This document shows positions 37,694-45,765 of a stretch of DNA of 64,000 nucleotides, piece after piece (within the stretch, counting starts at the first letter, position 1; the number at the start of each line of letters is the position of its first letter). This DNA is from Nitrospinales bacterium (GTDB taxonomy: Bacteria; Nitrospinota_A; UBA7883; JACRGQ01), in contig JAHFEK010000002.1 in assembly GCA_023248495.1 (NCBI GenBank), positions 26,733 through 90,732 of the forward strand. Reading direction: 5' to 3'. The position numbers and the translations under genes are program-made. Under the pieces are notes generated by a model. That model ran no database searches. It saw only the letters and a program-made list of their open reading frames with translations, and was not told the DNA's origin.

Positions 37694-38080
37694 ATGAGTG
37701 AGGACATGTTCGAACGCCTTGTTGCCGAAGCGGTGACGGCTTTGCCCGCTCAAATGCGGAGGGAAATGAAAAATGTGGCGATCATCATTGAACAAAAACC
37801 ACGAAGGAAGAAATTACGGGAAGTCGGCATCAGGCTGCATGAGACGCTGCTGGGCCTGTATGAGGGCATCCCGCTAATCCAACGGGATTCCGGCTATTCG
37901 GGCGTGTTGCCGGATAAAATCACCATCTTCAAAGAACCAATCGAGGAACTTTCCGGAGGAAATCCGGAAAAGCTCGCCGACCTCGTGCGAGAAGTGGTAT
38001 GGCATGAAATCGGCCACCATTTCGGGTTAAGCGATCCCGAGCTTCGTCACCTCGAGAAAGAGCGAAAAAAAAATAAATAG
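37694..38080 (+). CDS. small zincin-like metallopeptidase-family protein
   Basis: 128 aa with C-terminal WHEIGHHFG (HExxH). Confidence 0.65.
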   Translation: MSEDMFERLVAEAVTALPAQMRREMKNVAIIIEQKPRRKKLREVGIRLHETLLGLYEGIPLIQRDSGYSGVLPDKITIFKEPIEELSGGNPEKLADLVREVVWHEIGHHFGLSDPELRHLEKERKKNK

Positions 38081-38094
38081 AAATGACCCGTTGC

Positions 38095-39132
38095 TCAGCC
38101 AATGGGGAATTCCAAAACGACCGTCGTGCCAACGCCGTTTTTGGATTCAATATCGACTGTCCCGTTGTGGCTTTTCATAATGCTGCGCACGATTGAAAGC
38201 CCCAGCCCCGTCCCCTGCCGTTTGGTGGTGAAAAAGGGATCGAAAACGAACTGTAGGTTTTCGCCGCTAATACCGTCGCCGTGATCCAACACTGCTATTC
38301 GGGCGCGACTATTCGGAGATTCGATAAGCGAAGTGGTAATTTCCACCACGCCCCCTTTTTTGGATGCCTGAACGGCGTTCAGGAAGATATTCAAAAGCGC
38401 CTGCTGGATTTTCACTTTATCGATGGAAACCATCGGCATATTAGCCGCGAAGTCCTTGACAACGGATATTTCCGTCTCCAGACATTGCGGCTCCACCATC
38501 GCCAAGGTATCCTCGATGGCCGTGTGGAGGTTCTGCCGCCCCACTTTCAGGGGCATCGGCTTTGCATAATCGATAAACTCGGTGACGATCTTTTCCAGGT
38601 TTGCCACCCCCTCGTTGGCAATCTCGAAATGCGCCTGTTCATCCGGCCGCAGCTTGAGTATTTTTCCGAGAATGGCGAGATTCATCTTGATGGAAGAAAG
38701 CGGATTGCGGATTTCGTGCGCGATGCCGGTCGCCAGCCGCCCCAGCGAGGCAAGCCGTTCCTCATGTTTAAGCTTTTCCTGAAGGGCATGCGTTTCGGTG
38801 ACCTCATGGATAATCCCCATGACGCCGATAATCCTGTTTCGGTGATCGTGAAACGGCGAGGAGCTGACCACAACCCGGTGCAGAACGCCCCGCTTGTCCT
38901 CTATGACCATCTCGAACTTCCGCTTGATGCCAAGCTCCGACGGCTCGCTTATCCGGTTCCCCATATGCTTTACATTCAGAATCTCAAGCATCGGCATTCC
39001 CAGCAACTCGTCCTTATCGTACCCCCATTCGGTGATTTTGCCGTTGATATAGGTGATACGCCCATCCACATCGGCCGCAAGAATTAAATCGCTGGCGTTG
39101 TCCAAAAGACGTTTGTAAAAATGATGGTTCAT
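38095..39132 (-). CDS. cytoplasmic PAS-domain sensor histidine kinase
   Basis: PAS region (LILAADVDGRITYIN...), H-box AHEIRNPLSSI and a HATPase with DHGDGI / GTGLGLSI. No TM segments. The start was moved to MNHHFYK (ATG 39132-39130), overlapping the upstream stop. Confidence 0.85.
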   Translation of the reverse strand: MNHHFYKRLLDNASDLILAADVDGRITYINGKITEWGYDKDELLGMPMLEILNVKHMGNRISEPSELGIKRKFEMVIEDKRGVLHRVVVSSSPFHDHRNRIIGVMGIIHEVTETHALQEKLKHEERLASLGRLATGIAHEIRNPLSSIKMNLAILGKILKLRPDEQAHFEIANEGVANLEKIVTEFIDYAKPMPLKVGRQNLHTAIEDTLAMVEPQCLETEISVVKDFAANMPMVSIDKVKIQQALLNIFLNAVQASKKGGVVEITTSLIESPNSRARIAVLDHGDGISGENLQFVFDPFFTTKRQGTGLGLSIVRSIMKSHNGTVDIESKNGVGTTVVLEFPIG

Positions 39133-42029
39133 CGCGCCGCCGGAAAAAGCATATTTTCGATGAAGTAGGCGATGAATTCCGGATGATTCGCGAGATTCAG
39201 GTATTTCGCTTTGGCGGGAATGGCCTTGGCTTCTATTCTGGCGTTGCGGGAAAGCAACGCGATTCTCGCCCCGACCCCGGCGGAGTTCTTTATGAACCGG
39301 ACTTTCGCCCACGGAAAATCCGGTATCATCCCGATCATTTTCGCGTTTTCGACATTGACCGAGACGCCAAAGGTGCCGGACAAATAAATATTGCGAATAT
39401 CCTCCGGCCGTATTTGCGCCTCTTTTATGAGCAAATCGATAGCGGTACGAATGGCCGATTTTGCTTTCTGTATCTCCTCAATATCTTTGCCTGAAACGGT
39501 GATGGGCTTGAAAATTGCCGTCTTCTGTTTGGCAACCACGATATAGTGTCCGTTCTTGATGCTCGGGTTCTCCGCTTCGCGTAAAAATCTTCCCCGGTGG
39601 CCAATCAGCTTGTGACGGACAAGCTCGGAAATAACATCAATGACGGACGAACCGCACAATCCCAACGGCACGGAACCGCCGATAGTTTTAAAAACGAACG
39701 TGCCGCCTTCCATTTTCATCGAGCTGATAATCCCATTTCTCACCATGTGGCCGTGCGTCAGGCTAGGCCCCTCGAACGCCGGCCCCGCCGCTACGGACGT
39801 GCAGAACAACTTCGACTTGTTCCCCAGGATCACCTCGCCGTTCGTGCCAATATCCACAAACAGGGAAACATCCTCTTTTTTGTGCATCGAGGTGGCAAGC
39901 ACGCCGGAAACCGCATCGGCTCCCACGAATCCACCGATGCTGGGCAATATCTCCACTCTGCATTTCGGATGGACGGAGAAACCGGCGGGAGGTTGAAAGT
40001 CTACCGCAGTCATGGAAATCCATCCCGTTACCGTAGGAATAAAAGGGGATTGGGTGAGCATCTCCGGATTGAGTCCAAGCAGCAGATGGATGATCACCGG
40101 GTTGCCCACAATGACCATATCGTAAATTTGGTTATTGGGCAGCGAGTGGCTTTGGTGGAAAGTGGAGATAAGATAATTTATCCCCTCCATGAGGCTCCGT
40201 TGCAAGGAACCGAGCAAAGAGGGATCATTGATCACGCTGGTGCTTCTGGATATGATGTCTTGCCCCCACCGGTTCTGCGTGTTTTCGGTGGAGCCCACAC
40301 AAACCATTTTCCCATCCCGCAGATCATGCGCATACGCGGAGATCGTGGTGGTTCCAATATCAACCGCGAGGCCGTATATCTTTTCTGAAGCGGTAAAATC
40401 CAAAACCTCTTTCCTGTTCACGTCCAGCACGGCGAACAGTTGCGTCCTCACCTCTCGCGCCATTGATACAAACCGGCCCAAGACATCGGGGTCTATCCGG
40501 AAGTCCGGGTACTTCCGCCGCAACCACTCTTCGCAGGAAAGTTGCGCCGGCCATGACATCAGGGACACTTCCCCCATCGGCTCAATAACGATGGAACGGG
40601 AAAAACCGTATGAGGCGATCTCATCCTCCACAGACGGCTGTATCAACCCCTCCGCGGCGGCCGTGGAACTGGAAAGTATCCTGCTGAAATAAGGGATGTA
40701 AATTTCCATCTCCTCATCCACCCGTATATAACACGCCAAGCGTTCATGCGACGTTCCGTCCCGGCTTTGGAGCTGGATGAACTCGGCCCCTGACGGGGAA
40801 GTCACCGAACCCCGCTTCAGCTTGACCAAACACTTCCCGCACGAACCACTGCGCGTGCAATAGCTGGTCACCTGAACGCCGGATTCATTTATGGCATCCA
40901 GCAGGATGGATCCCGTTTTTACATATATTTTCTTTTTGTGCGGGAAAATTGAAACCGCCCGCGCCCCTTTGAAATGGTTGTTCACTTTTTCAAAATATGT
41001 TTTCTCATCTTCGGCGGCCCGCACGAGCGCTTTGATGTTTTCCGCGGCCGCATACAGGGGAATCTCGCAGCCGCTCCCTAAAATAAAGCGCTCCCGCACC
41101 CGCGCGGCCTTAAACAACCGGCGAGCTTCGGCATAAATCTCATCTGGATTCGATTCGAGAAAAAGAATCGGTTTCACGTTCCCGTTAATGGCGGTAATCC
41201 CCGAATACTCCATCGCCGCTTCAATCGGAACGACATAATCAACCGTGGTAATATCCGCCCCGGCATAGCTTATGATCGCGGTGTTATTCTGAAGCGGGCC
41301 CGCGACGGAATACCATGTGAATTTTTCGGGAAAGGCCTGTTTCAAACGGGCGAAAATGGAACCAACGGATGCTTCCACGAATTGCCGGTAGACTTTTGCC
41401 GGCAGCACCGATGGCGAAGACGTGGGATCCGACATAATTAAAATATCCGCCCCTTCAGCGGCAAGGGCGGACATCCATATGAAGCATAGTTCGGCGCAAT
41501 AATCCAGAATCTCGCGGAAGCGGTCGGGCTCATCCACGATCATATAAAGCATTTTTTCAATATCCATGATCCGCGAGGCTATCGTCATCGGGCCGCTGGC
41601 GCCCGCCACGACCGGAATACGCCCCCCCATTTTCTTTTTCAGGATGCGCACCGCGGCCAGCATTTCAGGCATCCGCCCGCTTTTACGTGGATCCGGAAGG
41701 GAGAGCTTTTTGAAATCCGCCGGATTTTGAAGAACCGGTTCCTTCACAAAGGGATAATTGTCAGCCGGGTAAACGATTCCGCATCCAACCGCTTCCGGCT
41801 CCACGCACAGATCCGTAACGGCGAAGACGGCATCGTGGCCGATCATCTTCTGCGCTTCGATCTGGCATTTGGCCATAACTTCGCCGGAACGAACGTAGTT
41901 GCGCGGCGTCTCGCCGATAAGTGTGGCGGCTACGCCGAACAATTCGGGGATAACGGGAGGATGGTCAGTCTCCAAGAATTTCAATAGGGAAAAAACGCGC
42001 TCGGTGGAATTCATGGTTGCTCTCTGCAT
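39129..42029 (-). CDS. triple fusion: UroD/MtaA-like (MT2-type) domain + 2Fe-2S ferredoxin + RACo-type ASKHA ATPase (reductive activator of corrinoid proteins)
   Basis: Residues 1-~345 have the UroD-family TIM-barrel pattern. The middle has YCTRSGSCGKC...C (2Fe-2S). The C-terminal half has LAVDIGTTTISAY and FVDIGTNGEVILG (ASKHA phosphate-1/2 motifs, as in RACo/DUF4445). Confidence 0.75.
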   Translation of the reverse strand: MQRATMNSTERVFSLLKFLETDHPPVIPELFGVAATLIGETPRNYVRSGEVMAKCQIEAQKMIGHDAVFAVTDLCVEPEAVGCGIVYPADNYPFVKEPVLQNPADFKKLSLPDPRKSGRMPEMLAAVRILKKKMGGRIPVVAGASGPMTIASRIMDIEKMLYMIVDEPDRFREILDYCAELCFIWMSALAAEGADILIMSDPTSSPSVLPAKVYRQFVEASVGSIFARLKQAFPEKFTWYSVAGPLQNNTAIISYAGADITTVDYVVPIEAAMEYSGITAINGNVKPILFLESNPDEIYAEARRLFKAARVRERFILGSGCEIPLYAAAENIKALVRAAEDEKTYFEKVNNHFKGARAVSIFPHKKKIYVKTGSILLDAINESGVQVTSYCTRSGSCGKCLVKLKRGSVTSPSGAEFIQLQSRDGTSHERLACYIRVDEEMEIYIPYFSRILSSSTAAAEGLIQPSVEDEIASYGFSRSIVIEPMGEVSLMSWPAQLSCEEWLRRKYPDFRIDPDVLGRFVSMAREVRTQLFAVLDVNRKEVLDFTASEKIYGLAVDIGTTTISAYAHDLRDGKMVCVGSTENTQNRWGQDIISRSTSVINDPSLLGSLQRSLMEGINYLISTFHQSHSLPNNQIYDMVIVGNPVIIHLLLGLNPEMLTQSPFIPTVTGWISMTAVDFQPPAGFSVHPKCRVEILPSIGGFVGADAVSGVLATSMHKKEDVSLFVDIGTNGEVILGNKSKLFCTSVAAGPAFEGPSLTHGHMVRNGIISSMKMEGGTFVFKTIGGSVPLGLCGSSVIDVISELVRHKLIGHRGRFLREAENPSIKNGHYIVVAKQKTAIFKPITVSGKDIEEIQKAKSAIRTAIDLLIKEAQIRPEDIRNIYLSGTFGVSVNVENAKMIGMIPDFPWAKVRFIKNSAGVGARIALLSRNARIEAKAIPAKAKYLNLANHPEFIAYFIENMLFPAAR

Positions 42030-42037
42030 GCTGTAGA

Positions 42038-42700
42038 TCAGGTTATTTTACAAAGGTAATCAAGTCCGTCAAAAGCGTCGTAGGCAAGGTAATCAAGCCG
42101 CAGCGTCTCCGCCGTGCTTTGCTGAACGGCGGAACCGCCCCCGATAACCTTGATATGGCCCAATCCCTGCGCGGCCAATGCCGGCTTTATCATCTTTATC
42201 TTAGGAAGACACACGCTCATAAGGCTGGAAACCCCCACAAAATCCGCACGCTCTTTGCCCGCGGCGGTGATGAAACCTTCCACCGGAACATCCTTTCCCA
42301 AATTTATCACCCTGAGGTTGTTAAAGCGGCACAGCGTGGCCACCACATGCTTCCCCAAGTCGTGCACGTCCCCCTGGATAGTTCCGATAACGATTGTTTT
42401 TCGTTGGAGCGTTCCGGCGGCACGCTCATGATTCTCGGCAACGCTGTCCAATTGCTGTTTCAGCTTAATCGCCACGCATTCGTCCACCACCTCGGTCATC
42501 GCACGGCAGGCAAGCAATACATCCAGAAGCTGGAAGTTTTCTATCGTGCATTTGTTGCGGAGGATGGCGACCCCTTTGGCGACGGCATCAACTATCTGTT
42601 CGACGGTGTATGATTCAGCAAGAAGCTTTTCAGCGCAAAGCACTGCTTCCCTGTTCTCGCCATGTTGGACTAAAAGAGCAAGATCCATCAGCGGATCCAT
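42038..42700 (-). CDS. corrinoid (cobalamin-binding) protein, MtaC/MtbC-like
   Basis: An N-terminal helical cap plus a Rossmann domain with the DxHxxG motif in GTIQGDVHDLGKHVV and VGVSSLM. Confidence 0.85.
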   Translation of the reverse strand: MDPLMDLALLVQHGENREAVLCAEKLLAESYTVEQIVDAVAKGVAILRNKCTIENFQLLDVLLACRAMTEVVDECVAIKLKQQLDSVAENHERAAGTLQRKTIVIGTIQGDVHDLGKHVVATLCRFNNLRVINLGKDVPVEGFITAAGKERADFVGVSSLMSVCLPKIKMIKPALAAQGLGHIKVIGGGSAVQQSTAETLRLDYLAYDAFDGLDYLCKIT

Positions 42701-42725
42701 TGATACCCCCCTGGCCGCGGCGGCA

Positions 42726-44156
42726 TCAATCGTCCTGGAGATATTGATGTAAGGAGACTATCCCGTATTTTTTTATTTTTCTATCGAGACGGGGGCGCGT
42801 AATTCCGAGTATCCGGCATGTTTCGCCCTTGTGCCATTTCGTGTGATTCAGCGTTTTGGCGATCTGTTCCTTCTCAACCTCATTCAGGGAAACCGGCCGG
42901 TAACCGTTCTTCGGCGTGACCACGGGGGCATCGATATTCACCTCCGGCGTCAGTTCCTCAGCCCCTGTTTTCTCTTTGTGGGCCGCCATGAAGTGTTTGA
43001 GAAATATCCGGTCGCCGCGCGACATAATGACCGTGTGCGTGATGGCATTCTCAAGCTGGCGGACATTGCCCGGCCATTGCCGGTTCATTAGCCAATTGAG
43101 GGCCTCGCGGGAAACATATTTTATGCCGCGATCCGTTTCCAGCCCTTTTTTCGCGATAAAATAAAGCGCCAAAAGCGGAATATCCTCAACCCTCTCCCGC
43201 AGCGGGGGAATATGTATGTTGATCACCTTTATGCGGTAATAGAGGTCGTCCCTGAACTTTCCTTCGCGAACCATCTGCTCAAGATTTTTATTGGTGGCGT
43301 ACAGTATGCGGCAGTTGGCTTTTATTTTCGTCTTCCCCCCCACCTGCTCGAACTCGCGCTCCTGCAATACGCGCAGGATTTTCGCCTGAAGGCCAAAACT
43401 CATTTCGGAAATTTCATCAAGAAATATGGTTCCGTCCCCGGCCAGGGCGAACTTGCCCTCCTTGGCGTTAATGGCGCCGGTAAACGCTCCTTTGACGTGC
43501 CCGAACAACTCTGATTCAAGCAAAGTATCCACGATGGCTGAACAGTTGATGGAAATAAAAGGCGCCGAGGCATTTTTGCTGGAAAGATGGATTGCCTTGG
43601 CAACCAATTCCTTGCCGGTGCCGCTTTCTCCGGTTATAAGAACGGGGGATTTGCTCATGGAGACCATCCCCACCATCTTGAAAACCTCTTTCATAAGCTG
43701 GCCCTTGCCAACGAAGACGGTATCGGTGCTATCCAGCGGCGGTACGGAAACAAGCGATTCGTCGTTCGCCTTGAGGCTGGAGAAAAAATCCTCCGCTTTC
43801 GCCACGGCATTGTCCAGCTCCTGTATGTCTATCGGCTTGTGGATGTACTCGCCAACGCCGTTCTGCACCGCTTTGACGGTTGATTCCATATCCGGATATG
43901 CGGTGATTATGATGGAATAGTAGTTCTTTCCGGTCTTACTGAGCTCCTTGAGTATTTCCACGCCATCCGTATCGGGTAGCCGTAGATCAAGGATAACGAT
44001 AGCTGAATCCAGCTGCTCGAGTTTTTCCAATCCCTCTTTGGCGAAGTTCGCGGTGATGACCTGCATGCCCTGAGATTCAAAATGCAATTGAAGGGTTTTG
44101 CGGATCGCCTTGTCATCGTCGATGATAACTATCGGTTGAGGAGACACCCCGCCCAT
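42726..44156 (-). CDS. sigma-54-dependent response regulator (REC + AAA+ + Fis-type HTH)
   Basis: REC (IVIIDDD...ILDLRLPD), GESGTGKE Walker A, the GAFTGA sigma-54 contact loop and a C-terminal HTH. ATG at 44156 has GGAG 8 nt upstream. The ORF-track GTG at 44192 is less likely. Confidence 0.9.
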   Translation of the reverse strand: MGGVSPQPIVIIDDDKAIRKTLQLHFESQGMQVITANFAKEGLEKLEQLDSAIVILDLRLPDTDGVEILKELSKTGKNYYSIIITAYPDMESTVKAVQNGVGEYIHKPIDIQELDNAVAKAEDFFSSLKANDESLVSVPPLDSTDTVFVGKGQLMKEVFKMVGMVSMSKSPVLITGESGTGKELVAKAIHLSSKNASAPFISINCSAIVDTLLESELFGHVKGAFTGAINAKEGKFALAGDGTIFLDEISEMSFGLQAKILRVLQEREFEQVGGKTKIKANCRILYATNKNLEQMVREGKFRDDLYYRIKVINIHIPPLRERVEDIPLLALYFIAKKGLETDRGIKYVSREALNWLMNRQWPGNVRQLENAITHTVIMSRGDRIFLKHFMAAHKEKTGAEELTPEVNIDAPVVTPKNGYRPVSLNEVEKEQIAKTLNHTKWHKGETCRILGITRPRLDRKIKKYGIVSLHQYLQDD

Positions 44157-44322
44157 CCCCCGAACTCCAACAATCTCTTCCACAACGATCACCCTCTAAA
44201 TAGACCGCCATATCCGTCACCCTAGACTTTCCGGACAGGCTCTTGATATCAGCGATTTTAAATTATGCGCTCCAGCGGTTAGAGAAGCCGCATAACTTAT
44301 AACCCGTTGATTGCGCTACTAT

Positions 44323-44439
44323 TTACCTAGTAAAAACATGCCAGACAATATACAGCGTTACCACCATGTTCGCAAACACGCCAAAATGAATCATCCAATC
44401 CAACATGGTGAAGTTCTTAAGAAAAGACCGCATTCCCAT
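44323..44439 (-). CDS. possible 38-aa single-TM small protein (below ORF-track cutoff)
   Basis: Hand translation gives MGMRSFLKNFTMLDWMIHFGVFANMVVTLYIVWHVFTR. GAAGGGG lies 8 nt upstream of the ATG. It sits in an AT-rich spacer and is unverified. Confidence 0.25.
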   Translation of the reverse strand: MGMRSFLKNFTMLDWMIHFGVFANMVVTLYIVWHVFTR

Positions 44440-44580
44440 TTTCAATACCCCTTCATAAAAGTCCGATATTATAATGTTTTGTTCAAATTCAAATTGTATA
44501 CAATTATATCATAGAATCGTTCCTCGTATTATCTGTAATGATGGCGAGGAAGTGCCGACCTGATGATAGGAATTATTCAT

Positions 44581-44613
44581 AAAAAAAAGGGCGGTGAGTG
44601 ATGCTCACCGCCC
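44581..44613 (-). terminator. rho-independent terminator ending the cytochrome/bd-like operon
   Basis: Reverse strand reads GGGCGGTGAG-catca-CTCACCGCCC followed by T8, 58 nt after the stop at 44671. Confidence 0.85.
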
Positions 44614-44670
44614 CGTAAAGCCACCGCCTTACAGCGATAACCCTTAGTACCTTTAAATAAGGCTAGGTCC

Positions 44671-45054
44671 TTATTTTGCGGCGCCCGTGCACTTGCACAT
44701 TTTGCGAAGGTGGGCAACGATGTCCTTAATTTCCGCAGCAGTCAAATTGTGTTTCCAAGCCGGCATCTGGGTGGATTTGCCGACCGCCGAACCGCCTTCA
44801 GTAATGGCAAGAGCGACGTTGGCATCGGAAAGCTCGCCCATCGCCTTTGCATCAGAGTGGTTCCTAGGGGCAACCGCCAGATACGGTGCGTTGATCCCTT
44901 TGCCCGTACCGGCGGTGCCGTGGCACTGAACGCAGTACAAGCTATAGTTATCAGCGGCGGTTTCCGCCGAAGCCGAACCAACCATGCCGGCCGCCAAGAA
45001 GAGTGCCGCCGCGAACATCGCCGCGGAGAACTTCGAAATTACTATCGTTTTCAT
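44671..45054 (-). CDS. monoheme class-I c-type cytochrome
   Basis: Signal peptide, CVQCHG and a distal Met region STQMPAW. Confidence 0.85.
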   Translation of the reverse strand: MKTIVISKFSAAMFAAALFLAAGMVGSASAETAADNYSLYCVQCHGTAGTGKGINAPYLAVAPRNHSDAKAMGELSDANVALAITEGGSAVGKSTQMPAWKHNLTAAEIKDIVAHLRKMCKCTGAAK

Positions 45055-45068
45055 CTATGTCCCCCTCC

Positions 45069-45731
45069 TTATTTCAACGACGCGATGTAGTTCACAACAA
45101 GCTGCATGGACGCGTCATCAAGATCGCGCTTGCCCATCCATACCTTCGGATCCCAGTACTGCGGATCTTGCACGAAGGAGTAAACCCAATCCGGGTTCAA
45201 CCGTTTGCCGATTCCTTCCCACGTCGGGCAGGACAAGCCGCCGTTGCCTTCGATGGAGTGGCAACCGTTGCAGGCTTCGGTTTTGATGATAAGCATCTTG
45301 GCCTTTGCCTTGGAGAATTCGCCGATCTTCGCGACACCGGTCTTCATCTTGGCGTCCTTGAGGGTCATAAGGTAATCGGCGGCCGCGGCGGCGTCACCGG
45401 CGCTCAGCTTGGAAGCGCATTTCGCCGGAGCAGCCACGGTATCGGTATCGCCAGTGGTCTTGATGTTGTTGGAGTACACCGTGCCCGCGGGGCGGATGAC
45501 GGTCGGGTTCTGCAGGAATCCCACCAGCCAATCTTTGTTGAACTTGCTGCCCGCGTAGAACAGATCGGGCGCTTTCCGCGCCTTCACTTCCGCTATGGTC
45601 TTCACCGCCGGACCCGCCAATTTGTGGCAGCTGCCACACGGTTTAACGATGGCCGCCCCATCCGCCGCAAACGCGGACGGAACCGCCAGCAGGAGCGCTA
45701 ATGCAAATACGGTAATGCCTCTTTTTATCAT
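45069..45731 (-). CDS. diheme c-type cytochrome
   Basis: Signal peptide, CGSCHK and CNGCHS. Confidence 0.85.
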   Translation of the reverse strand: MIKRGITVFALALLLAVPSAFAADGAAIVKPCGSCHKLAGPAVKTIAEVKARKAPDLFYAGSKFNKDWLVGFLQNPTVIRPAGTVYSNNIKTTGDTDTVAAPAKCASKLSAGDAAAAADYLMTLKDAKMKTGVAKIGEFSKAKAKMLIIKTEACNGCHSIEGNGGLSCPTWEGIGKRLNPDWVYSFVQDPQYWDPKVWMGKRDLDDASMQLVVNYIASLK

Positions 45732-45765
45732 GTCCCCTATCCTTTCTGGTTAAAAAATCAACCTG

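Noticed and set aside
44311-44514. 67-aa plus-strand ORF in the AT-rich spacer.
   Set aside because: The His/Lys/Tyr-rich sequence is implausible. It has no SD and lies opposite the more plausible 38-codon minus-strand ORF.
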